DNA of 64,000 bases from Reclinomonas americana ATCC 50394 (Eukaryota). The notes under the pieces were generated by a model. That model was given only the letters and a program-made list of their open reading frames with translations, was not told the origin of the DNA and did not search any database. Location of the stretch: positions 992,001 through 1,056,000 of the forward strand of contig PS015010.1 in assembly GCA_048213135.1 (NCBI GenBank), given 5' to 3'. A program made the position numbers and the translations under genes. Positions within the stretch are counted from its first letter, which is position 1. Each line of letters begins with the position of its first letter. This document shows, in pieces, positions 39,145-49,420 of this stretch.

Positions 39145-40332
39145 ATGAAAGAAGTATTTATCGTTTCGGCAAAGCGCACTGCCACAGGGGGATTTTTAGG
39201 CGCCCTCCGTTCATTCAGTGCCACAGAACTGGGCTCTATCGCTATTAAGCACAGTTACCAGGCTGTAGGAGTTGACCCGGAGAATATTAACGCGGTGTAT
39301 TTCGGCAATGTACTATCAGCTAACCTGGGACAATCCCCTGCCCGGCAGGCGGCCATAGGAGCGGGGTTGCCTGTACAGGCGGACTGCACCACCGTTAATA
39401 AAGTATGCGCTTCGGGTATGAAAGCTATTATGCTTGGGGCGCAACAGATCATGCTTGGGCAAGCCGATTTGGTAATGACCGGCGGCATGGAAAGTATGAG
39501 CAATGTACCCCACTATACGATGCAACGAATGGGAACGAAGCTGGGTGATCTGCAACTGACCGATGGTTTACTGAAAGACGGGCTCACCGATGCCTATCAT
39601 CATTTTCATATGGGCAATGCTGCCGAGCTATGTGCCAGGGAGTTTGGTATATCAAGAGAGGCCCAGGACGAGTATGCATTGCAATCTTATGCCAAAGCCA
39701 GCAACGCCACAAGAGCAGGGAAGTTTGCCCGTGAAATAATTCCCATCACGATTAAGGAAAAGAACGCAGATGTGATATTCGATAAAGATGAAGACATCGC
39801 GAAGATCATTCCCGGCAAAGTACCTCTGCTCCGGCCCGTATTTGAACAAAATGGTACCATTACCGCCGCCAATGCCAGCAACCTGAATGATGGGGCAGCA
39901 GCGCTGTTACTGGCCGCACCAGAAGCTGTTGACAAATATGGCTTACAACCGCTGGCAAAGATCATCTCGTTTGCCGACGCTGCCCAGGCTCCTGAAAAAT
40001 TTACGACCTCGCCTTCGCTGGCCATTCCCAAAGCTTTGGCATATGCCGGGCTTTCTCTGGATAATATGGACCTGGCAGAAATAAATGAAGCATACGCTGC
40101 GGTAATGATCGCCAATCAACAACTGCTGGGACTGGATATGAAAAAAGTAAACGTGTATGGCGGCGCTGTTGCCATGGGGCATCCATTGGGTGCTTCGGGT
40201 GCACGGATCACCTGCACTTTATTGTCGGCTTTGCAACAGGAAGGCGGCAGGTATGGCATCGCTGCGATCTGTAATGGCGGTGGTGGGGCTTCTGCTATCA
40301 TCATTGAAAACCTCGTTAATAACCTCATATGA
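39145..40332 (+). CDS. Acetyl-CoA C-acyltransferase (thiolase)
   Basis: NKVCASG, EINEAY, GHPLGASG, AICNGGGG. Confidence 0.93.
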   Translation: MKEVFIVSAKRTATGGFLGALRSFSATELGSIAIKHSYQAVGVDPENINAVYFGNVLSANLGQSPARQAAIGAGLPVQADCTTVNKVCASGMKAIMLGAQQIMLGQADLVMTGGMESMSNVPHYTMQRMGTKLGDLQLTDGLLKDGLTDAYHHFHMGNAAELCAREFGISREAQDEYALQSYAKASNATRAGKFAREIIPITIKEKNADVIFDKDEDIAKIIPGKVPLLRPVFEQNGTITAANASNLNDGAAALLLAAPEAVDKYGLQPLAKIISFADAAQAPEKFTTSPSLAIPKALAYAGLSLDNMDLAEINEAYAAVMIANQQLLGLDMKKVNVYGGAVAMGHPLGASGARITCTLLSALQQEGGRYGIAAICNGGGGASAIIIENLVNNLI

Positions 40333-40817
40333 AAGAGATGAAAAAAGTACTGGAAAGCAATATGAAGATCCGCTTTCATGATTGCGATCCTTTTAATCAC
40401 CTGAACAATTCGAGGTATATCGATTACTTCATGACGGCGAGAGGGGATCAGCTTATTGAGAATTACGATTTCGACATCTACCAGCTGGCGAAAGAGAAAG
40501 GCCTGGGCTGGGTTTCAGCACAAACGCAGGTGGCTTACCTGCGGCCTGCATTTGTTATGGAAGAAGTAACGATACAAACACAGCTGATCGCTTTCAGTGA
40601 AAAATCACTGCTGCTGGAAGCTATTATGTGGGATATTGAAAAACAGCATATAAAAGCCGTCATGTGGACAACCCTCGTTCATTTCGATATCCTGCAGCAA
40701 AAAAGTCTCCGGCATACGGATGAACTCACCACCTTGTTTCAGCAGATCGTAAACCCGCCGGAGGTGGCAGTTGGTTTTGAAGAAAGAGTTAAGCAACTGC
40801 GCCCCGTAAAAGTATAA
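40329..40817 (+). CDS. Acyl-CoA thioesterase (4HBT hot-dog fold)
   Basis: IRFHDCDPFNHLNNSRYIDYF. Confidence 0.88.
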   Translation: MKEMKKVLESNMKIRFHDCDPFNHLNNSRYIDYFMTARGDQLIENYDFDIYQLAKEKGLGWVSAQTQVAYLRPAFVMEEVTIQTQLIAFSEKSLLLEAIMWDIEKQHIKAVMWTTLVHFDILQQKSLRHTDELTTLFQQIVNPPEVAVGFEERVKQLRPVKV

Positions 40818-40843
40818 GTCACCCATTAAATCCCAACATAGCA

Positions 40844-41536
40844 ATGAAAAAGATCGGACTGGTCGGCGGTATCAGCTGGACCTCTACAATAGATTATTAT
40901 CGTTTTATCAATGAAGAAGTGAACCGCCGCTCAGATGGCCCGGATTTCGCCGAATGCATCATCTACTCAATCAACTTCCGCGACTTCAACACTGCCAATG
41001 CCCGCCACGATTGGAATGCAACGGCTGCACTGCTTACAGAAGCCGCGCTGAACCTGCAAAAGGCAGGGGCGGATGTTATCCTGCTTTGTGCCAACACGGC
41101 GCATAAGGTAGCGGAAAGAGTAAAAGAAAGCATAGGACTGCCGCTGATCGACATCAGGCTTGAAACGGCAAAGGCTATACGAAAACAAGGCTTGTCAAAA
41201 GTAGGCCTGCTGGGCACCGTTTACACCATGGAAATGGATTTTTATAAAGATGTCCTTGCCCGCGAAGGCATTGAAGTGATCATCCCCGAAAGCAAAACCG
41301 ACCGGGATTATATGGAAACAACACTCGTTGACGAACTCGGGGAAGGTGTACTGCTGGATACCACCAAACAGGAATATATGAGGATCGCCAATGTGCTGGT
41401 TGACCGCGGGGCTGAGGGTATTATACTGGGGTGCACGGAAATCCCATTACTGCTTTCACAGGCGGATTTTGCCGTCCCGGTTTTCAATTCAACATATATC
41501 CATGCCTGCGCCGCAGCGGATTTTGCAACATCATAA
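40844..41536 (+). CDS. Asp/Glu racemase family protein (YgeA-like)
   Basis: IGLVGGISWTST.DYY, LCANTAH, GLLGT, ILGCTEIP. Confidence 0.9.
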   Translation: MKKIGLVGGISWTSTIDYYRFINEEVNRRSDGPDFAECIIYSINFRDFNTANARHDWNATAALLTEAALNLQKAGADVILLCANTAHKVAERVKESIGLPLIDIRLETAKAIRKQGLSKVGLLGTVYTMEMDFYKDVLAREGIEVIIPESKTDRDYMETTLVDELGEGVLLDTTKQEYMRIANVLVDRGAEGIILGCTEIPLLLSQADFAVPVFNSTYIHACAAADFATS

Positions 41537-41557
41537 AACCCCAACTAACTGCTTAAT

Positions 41558-43033
41558 ATGAATATCGGAAAATACTTTAGACGTAAACCGCTTGAAGCTT
41601 ATAACAGCGACATAAAAACGAGTGAGCTGACACGTACACTGGGAAAATGGGAACTCACCGCAATAGGAGTGGGAGCGGTTATCGGGGGCGGCATCTTTGT
41701 GCTTACGGGTGTAGCCGCTAACCTGCATGCAGGACCGGCCCTGGCTATTTCATTCATTCTTGCCGGCATCGGCTGCCTGTTCGCAGCGCTTTGTTATGCC
41801 GAGTTTTCAGGGATACTGCCGGTGTCGGGTTCAGCCTATGCTTATTCTTACGGCACCATCGGTGAATTTTTTGCCTGGTTCATCGGCTGGAACCTTATCC
41901 TGGAATACATGATGGGTGCTACAACGGTGGCTGTGAGCTGGTCCAAGTATTTTGTAAAACTCCTGCATCTCGCGGGATTGAATCATATCCCGGCCTGGCT
42001 CCTGAATGACCCGGTCTCTGCCAGGGAAGAAGCCATGAAGATGGGTATTGAAGCGCCCGCTTTTGCCATTAACCTGCCCGCGGCGCTGATCGTGTGGCTC
42101 GTCACTTTTATTTTATACCGCGGCATCAGGGAATCGGCGAGGGTAAACAATATCATCGTTATCCTTAAAGTGGCGGCGGTGCTGTTTGTCATTGCGGTAG
42201 GTGCGTTTTATGTGAATAGTTCCAACTGGCATCCTTTTATTCCTGCACAGGTTACAGACGATGCCGGTGCGCATCATTATGGTCTTGCAGGAGTGGTAAC
42301 CGCTGCGGGAATTGTATTCTTCGCTTTTATTGGTTTCGATGCAGTATCAACGCAATCGCAGGAAGCCATCAACCCAACGCGGCATATTCCTTTCGCCATC
42401 ATCGCTTCGCTGGTGGTTTGTACAACCCTCTACATATTGGTTTCACTGGTGCTGACGGGTATGGTTAAGTATACGGAAATAGACAGGGGCGCACCCGTTG
42501 CTTCCGCTTTCGAACTGGCGGGATTGAGCTGGGCCTCTTTGCTGGTAACAGTTGCAGCGGTAGTGGGACTGGTATCCGTGATGCTGGTGATGCTGCTGTC
42601 ACAAACCCGCATCTTCCTGAATATGGCAAAAGACGGTTTGCTGCCCGCCAAAACTTTTGCCGCTGTACACAGTAAATATAAAACGCCCTGGAAAAGTACC
42701 TTGCTGCTGGGAGCCATTGCATCGGTGATTGCGGCAGTTACGCCTATTGAAAAAGCGACCAAGATGACGAGTATCGGCACACTGTTCGCTTTCGCGATGA
42801 TCTGCGGAGCTGTACTGGTGCTGAGAAGGAAAAATCCGCATATCAACCGCCCGTACAAAGTAAAATACCTGCAGGTGGTGGCACCGCTGGGTATTGCGTT
42901 TAACCTCTTCCTGATGCTGAGCCTCGACTATGCCACCTGGCTGCGCTTCCTGGTATGGAGTATCATCGGCATCCTGGTATACTTTCTTTACAGCACCCGG
43001 CACAGCAACCTGAACAACAATCATCCTCAATAA
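41558..43033 (+). CDS. APC family amino-acid permease
   Basis: GAVIGGGIFVLTG, CYAEF, GSAYAY, GWNLILEY, FFAFIGFD. Confidence 0.92.
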   Translation: MNIGKYFRRKPLEAYNSDIKTSELTRTLGKWELTAIGVGAVIGGGIFVLTGVAANLHAGPALAISFILAGIGCLFAALCYAEFSGILPVSGSAYAYSYGTIGEFFAWFIGWNLILEYMMGATTVAVSWSKYFVKLLHLAGLNHIPAWLLNDPVSAREEAMKMGIEAPAFAINLPAALIVWLVTFILYRGIRESARVNNIIVILKVAAVLFVIAVGAFYVNSSNWHPFIPAQVTDDAGAHHYGLAGVVTAAGIVFFAFIGFDAVSTQSQEAINPTRHIPFAIIASLVVCTTLYILVSLVLTGMVKYTEIDRGAPVASAFELAGLSWASLLVTVAAVVGLVSVMLVMLLSQTRIFLNMAKDGLLPAKTFAAVHSKYKTPWKSTLLLGAIASVIAAVTPIEKATKMTSIGTLFAFAMICGAVLVLRRKNPHINRPYKVKYLQVVAPLGIAFNLFLMLSLDYATWLRFLVWSIIGILVYFLYSTRHSNLNNNHPQ

Positions 43034-43049
43034 TAAAAAGCTTATCAGT

Positions 43050-43985
43050 ATGAATATTGCAGATCACATCTATATCATTGGTGCCGGCGCTATTGGAAAC
43101 GTGCTGGCCGTTCTCCTGTCACATAACGGGAAAAATGTAACCCTGCTTCGCGGGAGCGTAAACGATATACCGGATTCGGTTGACAACATCAGCGTGAAGT
43201 TACAGGACGGAACCCTTGTCAGCGCTGCCATTAAAGTAAGTACGATCAATAATTCCGGTACGCTGGATGGGATTATTGTGCTGACGAATAAGTCATTCGG
43301 GAACCTGCAGCTTTCGGAAACCCTTAAAGGAAGAACAGGCCATTCCCCGATTGTACTTTTACAGAACGGGCTTCATGTTGAACAGCCTTTTTCCAACGGC
43401 CACTTTCCCCAGGTGTACCGCTGTGTTATTTTTGCCACCAGCCAGCCGGGAGAAGAGGGTGCATTGAAATTCAAGCCGGCAGCGGTTTCCCCTATAGGTA
43501 TCGTAAAGGGCGGAAAGGAAACGCTGGCTTTCATTGCAGGACAACTGAGCAGCGGTTATTTCCCGTTTGCAGCAGAAGAAGATATACAGCCTGTCATCTG
43601 GACAAAAGCGATCGCGAACAGTGTGTTTAATTCCGTATGCCCGTTGCTGGAAACCGATAACGGGATATTCGACAGGAATGAACAGGCGCTTGCGATTGCC
43701 AAACGGGTAATAGCCGAATGCATTTCTATAGCCGCCGCCAATGGTGTTTTGCTCGATATGGATGCTGTGGTGAACAGGCTGCTGCTCATCAGCCGTTCTG
43801 CTTCCGGTCAGCTGATATCCACTTACCAGGACATTCTCAACAAGCGAAGGACCGAGATTGACACCCTGAACCTTGCCATTGCCGGTATGGCAAAAGATCT
43901 GGGCAGGGAAGAAGAAGTTGCCGAAACCAGGTTACTGGGTGAGCTGGTAAAACTTAAATCCGAACTGGCCATGAACAACGGGTAA
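43050..43985 (+). CDS. Ketopantoate reductase family protein (PanE/ApbA-like)
   Basis: IIGAGAIG, LLQNG, WTKAIAN, STYQD...RTEIDTLN. Confidence 0.85.
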   Translation: MNIADHIYIIGAGAIGNVLAVLLSHNGKNVTLLRGSVNDIPDSVDNISVKLQDGTLVSAAIKVSTINNSGTLDGIIVLTNKSFGNLQLSETLKGRTGHSPIVLLQNGLHVEQPFSNGHFPQVYRCVIFATSQPGEEGALKFKPAAVSPIGIVKGGKETLAFIAGQLSSGYFPFAAEEDIQPVIWTKAIANSVFNSVCPLLETDNGIFDRNEQALAIAKRVIAECISIAAANGVLLDMDAVVNRLLLISRSASGQLISTYQDILNKRRTEIDTLNLAIAGMAKDLGREEEVAETRLLGELVKLKSELAMNNG

Positions 43986-44012
43986 AAACTAAATTATCTT
44001 ATTTTTATAATA

Positions 44013-44033
44013 AATTATTGTTTTACGATAATT
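44013..44033. promoter_or_regulatory. Operator-like palindrome upstream of DUF2975-HTH
   Basis: AATTATTGT-ttt-ACGATAATT just upstream of TACTTTTG (44039-44046). Confidence 0.55.
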
Positions 44034-44062
44034 AGTTTTACTTTTGCAGAAATTAATTTATA

Positions 44063-44581
44063 ATGCAAAAGGTACGTGTTATCGCTACAGGGCTGTTTTA
44101 CCTGTCCAGGATCATTGCCCTGCCTTACCTGCTCACGGCTGCTTATGCCCTGATCAGCATCGTCTTTAAAACACCCGCCTTCAGCCTGTTTGATGGCGGG
44201 AAGCGTTTTGTGATCAACTATCCTTTCACCAGCAACCGTTTCCTCATAGGTGATGATTACAGTTTCGGTTATATATTAGATATGATCGCCTTTATGGGCC
44301 TGTATGGTCTCTTCTTCTGGCTGCTGAGTAATGTATTCAAAACTTTCCGCGAACAAAAGCTGTTCACGCCGAAAGGTGTGAAGCGCCTCACCATTTTTTA
44401 CCTGTTTAATTTCCTTACACCGCTTCCTTTCCTGGTGATGCATATGATACAGGGCTATGAAGTAGGCAGTGTAGTGGTGATAACGATACTGCACGCTGTG
44501 CTGGGCGTATTCGCTTATTTTATGGCGGTCATCTTCAGCAGGGGCCTGCATTTGCAGAACGAACAGGACTTAATTTTTTAA
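44063..44581 (+). CDS. DUF2975 membrane protein
   Basis: 4 TM; C-terminal IFSRGLHLQNEQDLI; directly precedes YozG-like HTH. Confidence 0.8.
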   Translation: MQKVRVIATGLFYLSRIIALPYLLTAAYALISIVFKTPAFSLFDGGKRFVINYPFTSNRFLIGDDYSFGYILDMIAFMGLYGLFFWLLSNVFKTFREQKLFTPKGVKRLTIFYLFNFLTPLPFLVMHMIQGYEVGSVVVITILHAVLGVFAYFMAVIFSRGLHLQNEQDLIF

Positions 44582-44583
44582 CC

Positions 44584-44790
44584 ATGCCAATTATCGTAAA
44601 CCTTGACGTAATGCTCGCTAAGCGCAAAATGCAATCGAAGGAATTGGCAGAAATACTGAACGTAACACCGGCCAACCTGTCGATATTAAAAACCGGTAAA
44701 GCTAAGGGCATCCGGTTTGATTCGCTGGAAGCCATTTGCCGGGCGCTGGATTGCCAGCCGGGCGATATACTGGAATACAGGGAAGAATAA
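44584..44790 (+). CDS. XRE/YozG-like HTH regulator
   Basis: MPIIVNLDVMLAKRKM...NLSILKTGKAKGIRF..L..IC..LDCQPGDIL. Confidence 0.92.
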   Translation: MPIIVNLDVMLAKRKMQSKELAEILNVTPANLSILKTGKAKGIRFDSLEAICRALDCQPGDILEYREE

Positions 44791-44952
44791 GCCAATGACA
44801 TAGCGACAAAAAAAAATGTCCTGAAAAGGGCAGGGGCAGCGCTTTGCCTGGTACGAAATAAAGTTAAATCCATTACCTGCGGCTGAAGTGTGCGACGCAA
44901 CGATGCAGACAGCAGCACTGCAGCAGGTAACATAAAAAACAATCTTACAACG

Positions 44953-45828
44953 ATGAATACTTTACAAATCAGCAACCTCAGCAAAACTTATGGCAAAGCT
45001 GTGCCGGCGATGCAGCAGATTTCGCTGGAGATCGGCAATGGCATGTTTGGCCTGCTGGGACCCAATGGCGCAGGAAAGTCAACACTGATGCGGACCATCT
45101 CCGGTCTGCAGGCGCCCGATAGTGGCAGCATTCTTTTTAATGGTAAAGACGCGGTGAGCTCGCCGCAGTGGATCAAACAGCACCTGGGTTACCTGCCGCA
45201 GGATTTTGGTGTATACCCCAAGATCAGTGCTTACGACCTGCTCGACCACCTGGCCGTACTGAAAGGCATCAGCGATAAACAAAAACGTAAAGAACAAATA
45301 TTGTCGCTGCTGGAAAAGACCAACCTGTACAACGATCGCCGAAAAGCCGTGAGCGCTTTCTCCGGTGGTATGCGTCAGCGTTTCGGTATTGCGCAGGCTT
45401 TGCTGGGCAACCCGCAGCTGATCATTGTAGATGAACCCACAGCGGGTCTGGATCCGGAAGAGCGCAACCGTTTTAATAATTTATTAAGCGAGATAGGAGA
45501 GCAGGTGATCGTGATCCTGTCTACGCACCTGGTGGAAGATGTGCGCAACCTTTGTACACAAATGGCCATCATCGATAAAGGGCGTGTACTCGCTACCGGT
45601 AGTCCGGCATCTTTTCTGGAAAAACTGGAAGGCCGCATCTGGAGTTTGACAATCGATAAAAAAGAATTACCGGCTTACCGTGAAAAATTCCGTGTCATCT
45701 CCACGCAGTTGCAGGCGGGACGGCAGCATATTCATGTGTACGCGGAATCCGCACCCGGCGGGGATTTTGCGCCGGTGACCGCCAGCCTGGAGGATGTTTA
45801 TTTTTCTCAACTTTTCAACGCCCGATAA
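44953..45828 (+). CDS. ABC transporter ATP-binding protein
   Basis: GPNGAGKS, FSGGMRQR, IIVDEPTAGLDP. Confidence 0.93.
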   Translation: MNTLQISNLSKTYGKAVPAMQQISLEIGNGMFGLLGPNGAGKSTLMRTISGLQAPDSGSILFNGKDAVSSPQWIKQHLGYLPQDFGVYPKISAYDLLDHLAVLKGISDKQKRKEQILSLLEKTNLYNDRRKAVSAFSGGMRQRFGIAQALLGNPQLIIVDEPTAGLDPEERNRFNNLLSEIGEQVIVILSTHLVEDVRNLCTQMAIIDKGRVLATGSPASFLEKLEGRIWSLTIDKKELPAYREKFRVISTQLQAGRQHIHVYAESAPGGDFAPVTASLEDVYFSQLFNAR

Positions 45829-45829
45829 T

Positions 45830-48800
45830 ATGTTTACCTCCCTGCTTCACTTTGACTGGATCTTTTTCCGCCGGAAAAAATCTTTCTTCCTGTTGCTGAC
45901 TGCCTTCCCTTTACTGGGACTGGTAACCGCAACGATGGCCAATTTCCCTTTCCCGGAAACCTATAAAAATTCCCCTTACGTGATCACGTATGTAACGGGT
46001 GTGATGTCGCTGATGTGTATTTTTTCCGTGACGATACTGGCAGCGCAAAGCCTGCTGCGGGAAAAAGATTCGCATTTTGACCAGGTCATCTATGCCGCTC
46101 CGCTGAAGAAACTGCCTTACCTGGGCAGCCGCTTCGCCATTATTTTCCTGCTGGGGGTGATGACGTTTGCCTTGTTCATGCTCGGATTGCTGATCGGGCA
46201 CGAGTTTTTTCGCAGTCACCCGGAATCTTTTACCAGCTTGCATTTACAGTATTATATACAACCGTTCCTGCTCATTGCTGTGCCCAATATTTTATTCTGT
46301 ACCGCGGTCACCTGCAGCATTGGTGTGCTGTCGAAGAACCGGATGGTGATCTACATCTCCGGCCTCTTCATTTATTTCCTGTACTGGGCGGTTTCGCTGA
46401 TGGCCAATTCACCGCTGATGGCCAACGCGTCGCCGTTGCCACCAGAACAAATACAGCTGATGGCGAAGATCGACCCATTCGGGCTGGCGGCTTTTTTTGA
46501 GCAAACGCATTCCTGGAACTCGGAACAAAGGAACAATGTTCTACCATCATGGCAGGGGAACCTGTTGTTCAACCGGGTGCTGTACCTGCTGGTATCCGCC
46601 GCTTTACTGCTTTTCGCTTATTACCGTTCCCGTTTTTCGGCGGGAGGAAAACAACAATCCATACGTTTCGTAAAAAGCAAAGATCCAGCACCGGGTTTGG
46701 CTTATGCGCCGGTCAGTACTTTTACTAACGGTATGGGATACTTGTTTTCTGTTTGGCGGAGCCACATCAGGCTCGACTGGCGTGCGGTAGTAAAAACTAT
46801 TCCCTTGTGGCTGATCGTAACCGGTTGGGTATTCTTCCTCGGTATGGAACTGGCGGGTGAACTGGGTGGCAGCAGCCGTATTCCGCCGCCGGTAGCCACC
46901 ACGGCTTTGCTGTTCAGTAATATTCTGGAAATGTTGCCTGTAGTGGGTTTGCTGGTGATGCTATTTTTCGGAAGCGAGATATACTGGCGCAGCGAGGCGG
47001 TACGTTTTGCACCATTGGAAAACAGCAGCCCGGTGCCTGCATTTGCACCGGTACTGGCAAGATGCTGTTCGCTTTCACTCGTGGGCCTGTTCATGATAGG
47101 GGGAAGTATACTCATTGGGATCGCTTTTCAACTGGCTTACTGGCATGCGGAGATCGACTGGCAGTTGTATGCTTCTTTGTTCTACCTCGTGGGATTGCCT
47201 TTTATACTGTATGCTGTGCTCATTATAGCTGTGCATGCCTGCAGCCCGAACAGGTATACAGGACTGCTGGTATCGTCGGTCTTATTGTTGCTTACCAACA
47301 CATCGATGGGTGAACTTTTCGGGCTTAACCGTCCTTTATTCCGTTATGCAAATGTGTACAGCGGGCCTTACAGTGAATTCAATGGGTTTGATATTTTTCT
47401 TACCGCTTTTCATATCCGCATGCTGTACTGGTGTTGTGTAGCGATGGCTGTATTGTTTTTGTCTTCCCGCCTGTGGCGGGGTAACAGGAAACGAAAGCCC
47501 GGACTGTCCTGGATCGCAGGGGTATGCCTGTCACTGGCAGGCGCCGGTTCGGCGGGGTACGTGATTGCCACAAAAACAACAACTCCTGGGAGAAACCAGC
47601 GCAACGACTGGATGCAGGCCTATGAAAATAAATACAAACGCTTCAGTGATCTGCCGCAACCGGTCATCACCCGTGTTACTGCAGCCATCGACCTTTTTCC
47701 TGCTGATAACAGTTACCGGGTAACAGGCCGGTATACCGTAGTGAATAAATCGAATGGTGCAATAGATTCGCTGTTGCTGTACACCGATCGTGCTTTGCAG
47801 TGGCAACCCATCGCTATTCCCGGTACACGTTTACTGGAACAGGATAGTCTGTATGGTCATCGCTGGTACAGGCTGGACAGGGCTTTGCAACCAGGGGATT
47901 CCTTATCGTTGCCTTTCGCGTTCACTTACCGGGCTTCCGCCTTCAATGGTTTCGGCGCTGCCAATGCCATATTGAAAAACGGCGCTTTTATACGGATCAG
48001 TAATTTCTTTCCCCGGCTGGGTTATATGGCCGATAATGAAATAGATGACCCGGGAGTACGCCGTCGCCGTGGTTTACCACCATCATCGGTACTGATGCCA
48101 TTGGAAAGAAAAGATACATCCCGTTATGAGTATGGGTTTATTGAACTGGACGCGGTGATCTCTACCGGAAAAGATCAGACTGCCCTGGGCATCGGGCAAT
48201 TGCAGCAAAGCTGGACAAAAGATGATCGCAATTATTTTCATTATGTAACACCATCGCCGGTGCCGTTCCGTTTCGCGGTTGCATCCGCACGATATGCCGT
48301 GAAAAAGGAACAATACCGCAACATCAGCCTCGAAGTATACTATGACCCACAGCACGGGCAGAACATTGACCGTTTGCTGCACGACGCTAAAAATGCGCTG
48401 GATTACTGTGAGCAGAATTTTGGTCCCTATCCTTACCATGATCTCCGTCTTGCGGAAATATCCTCTTTCACCAAAGGTTTTGCCGGTACGGCTTACCCGT
48501 CGGTGCTGTTCATCAATGAGTCTTTTGGTTTCCGAAATAAGATGAATGCGGATCCCGGCAGGGATATCCTGAACGAAATGGTCAGCCATGAGCTGTCGCA
48601 TACCTGGTGGGGTAATGCCAGTATTGACGCGGAGTACAGGAAAGGCAGTAAACTGCTCACCGAAACACTGGCCATGTATACCGAGTTGATGCTGTATAAA
48701 AAAGCCTACGGTATGGAGCCGCTCACGGGTCGTGTTGCCGTACATCGCGACCTATATGCGGGTGAAAGGACCTTTACCAACGAAGAGCCACTTTACCTGT

Positions 48801-49327
48801 CAGACCCCCGTAAGCCCTTCCTGTGTTACGACAAAGGCATGTGGGTGATGTACCAGTTATATATGCTGGTGGGAGAGGATAAGATCAATACCGCGCTGAA
48901 GAATTTGCTTAAAAATAAGGCGTATCCGTCTGGTCCGCCTGTTGCTACAGACCTGCTCAATGAATTATACCATGTCAGTGATACCGCATTGCATGGTAAA
49001 ATAGATGAATTGTTCAAACAGGTAGTTACCTGCGATGTGAAGTTCAGCAAAGCTACCTGTACCCGTAAGGGCAGCAACTATGAACTGGTGGTGGAGATAA
49101 AGGGTAATAAGTATAAAGAGGATGGGAGAGGGAAAAAGGAGCCTGTAGTTTTTACAGACAGTATTGAAATGGAAGTTCAGTTTACCGGATTACCAGCACA
49201 GATAATAAAAACAAGTACAGGCAATAATCAATTTGTGTTTTCGCAGAAACCGGTCAAACTGGTACTTGATCCCCGGTTGTTGCTGCCGGAACTGAACGTG
49301 GAGAATAATGAAAAACGGTTGGAATAA
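45830..49327 (+). CDS. ABC-2 permease fused to M1 aminopeptidase-like domain
   Basis: Two TM bundles then soluble domain with HELSHTWWG...ETLAMY and CYDKG. Confidence 0.85.
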   Translation: MFTSLLHFDWIFFRRKKSFFLLLTAFPLLGLVTATMANFPFPETYKNSPYVITYVTGVMSLMCIFSVTILAAQSLLREKDSHFDQVIYAAPLKKLPYLGSRFAIIFLLGVMTFALFMLGLLIGHEFFRSHPESFTSLHLQYYIQPFLLIAVPNILFCTAVTCSIGVLSKNRMVIYISGLFIYFLYWAVSLMANSPLMANASPLPPEQIQLMAKIDPFGLAAFFEQTHSWNSEQRNNVLPSWQGNLLFNRVLYLLVSAALLLFAYYRSRFSAGGKQQSIRFVKSKDPAPGLAYAPVSTFTNGMGYLFSVWRSHIRLDWRAVVKTIPLWLIVTGWVFFLGMELAGELGGSSRIPPPVATTALLFSNILEMLPVVGLLVMLFFGSEIYWRSEAVRFAPLENSSPVPAFAPVLARCCSLSLVGLFMIGGSILIGIAFQLAYWHAEIDWQLYASLFYLVGLPFILYAVLIIAVHACSPNRYTGLLVSSVLLLLTNTSMGELFGLNRPLFRYANVYSGPYSEFNGFDIFLTAFHIRMLYWCCVAMAVLFLSSRLWRGNRKRKPGLSWIAGVCLSLAGAGSAGYVIATKTTTPGRNQRNDWMQAYENKYKRFSDLPQPVITRVTAAIDLFPADNSYRVTGRYTVVNKSNGAIDSLLLYTDRALQWQPIAIPGTRLLEQDSLYGHRWYRLDRALQPGDSLSLPFAFTYRASAFNGFGAANAILKNGAFIRISNFFPRLGYMADNEIDDPGVRRRRGLPPSSVLMPLERKDTSRYEYGFIELDAVISTGKDQTALGIGQLQQSWTKDDRNYFHYVTPSPVPFRFAVASARYAVKKEQYRNISLEVYYDPQHGQNIDRLLHDAKNALDYCEQNFGPYPYHDLRLAEISSFTKGFAGTAYPSVLFINESFGFRNKMNADPGRDILNEMVSHELSHTWWGNASIDAEYRKGSKLLTETLAMYTELMLYKKAYGMEPLTGRVAVHRDLYAGERTFTNEEPLYLSDPRKPFLCYDKGMWVMYQLYMLVGEDKINTALKNLLKNKAYPSGPPVATDLLNELYHVSDTALHGKIDELFKQVVTCDVKFSKATCTRKGSNYELVVEIKGNKYKEDGRGKKEPVVFTDSIEMEVQFTGLPAQIIKTSTGNNQFVFSQKPVKLVLDPRLLLPELNVENNEKRLE

Positions 49328-49351
49328 ATTTTAAAAAAATATTCGTGTTGC

Positions 49352-49380
49352 TGTCCAAATAATCGAATGCCGGTCGTCAT
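49352..49380 (+). promoter_or_regulatory. ECF-type promoter candidate upstream of CMD gene
   Basis: TGTC-N19-CGTCAT with upstream TTTTAAAAAAATAT; same layout at 52009. Confidence 0.6.
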
Positions 49381-49420
49381 TGCTGTATAAAACATTTAAC
49401 AACAATAAAGACCTGAGAAC

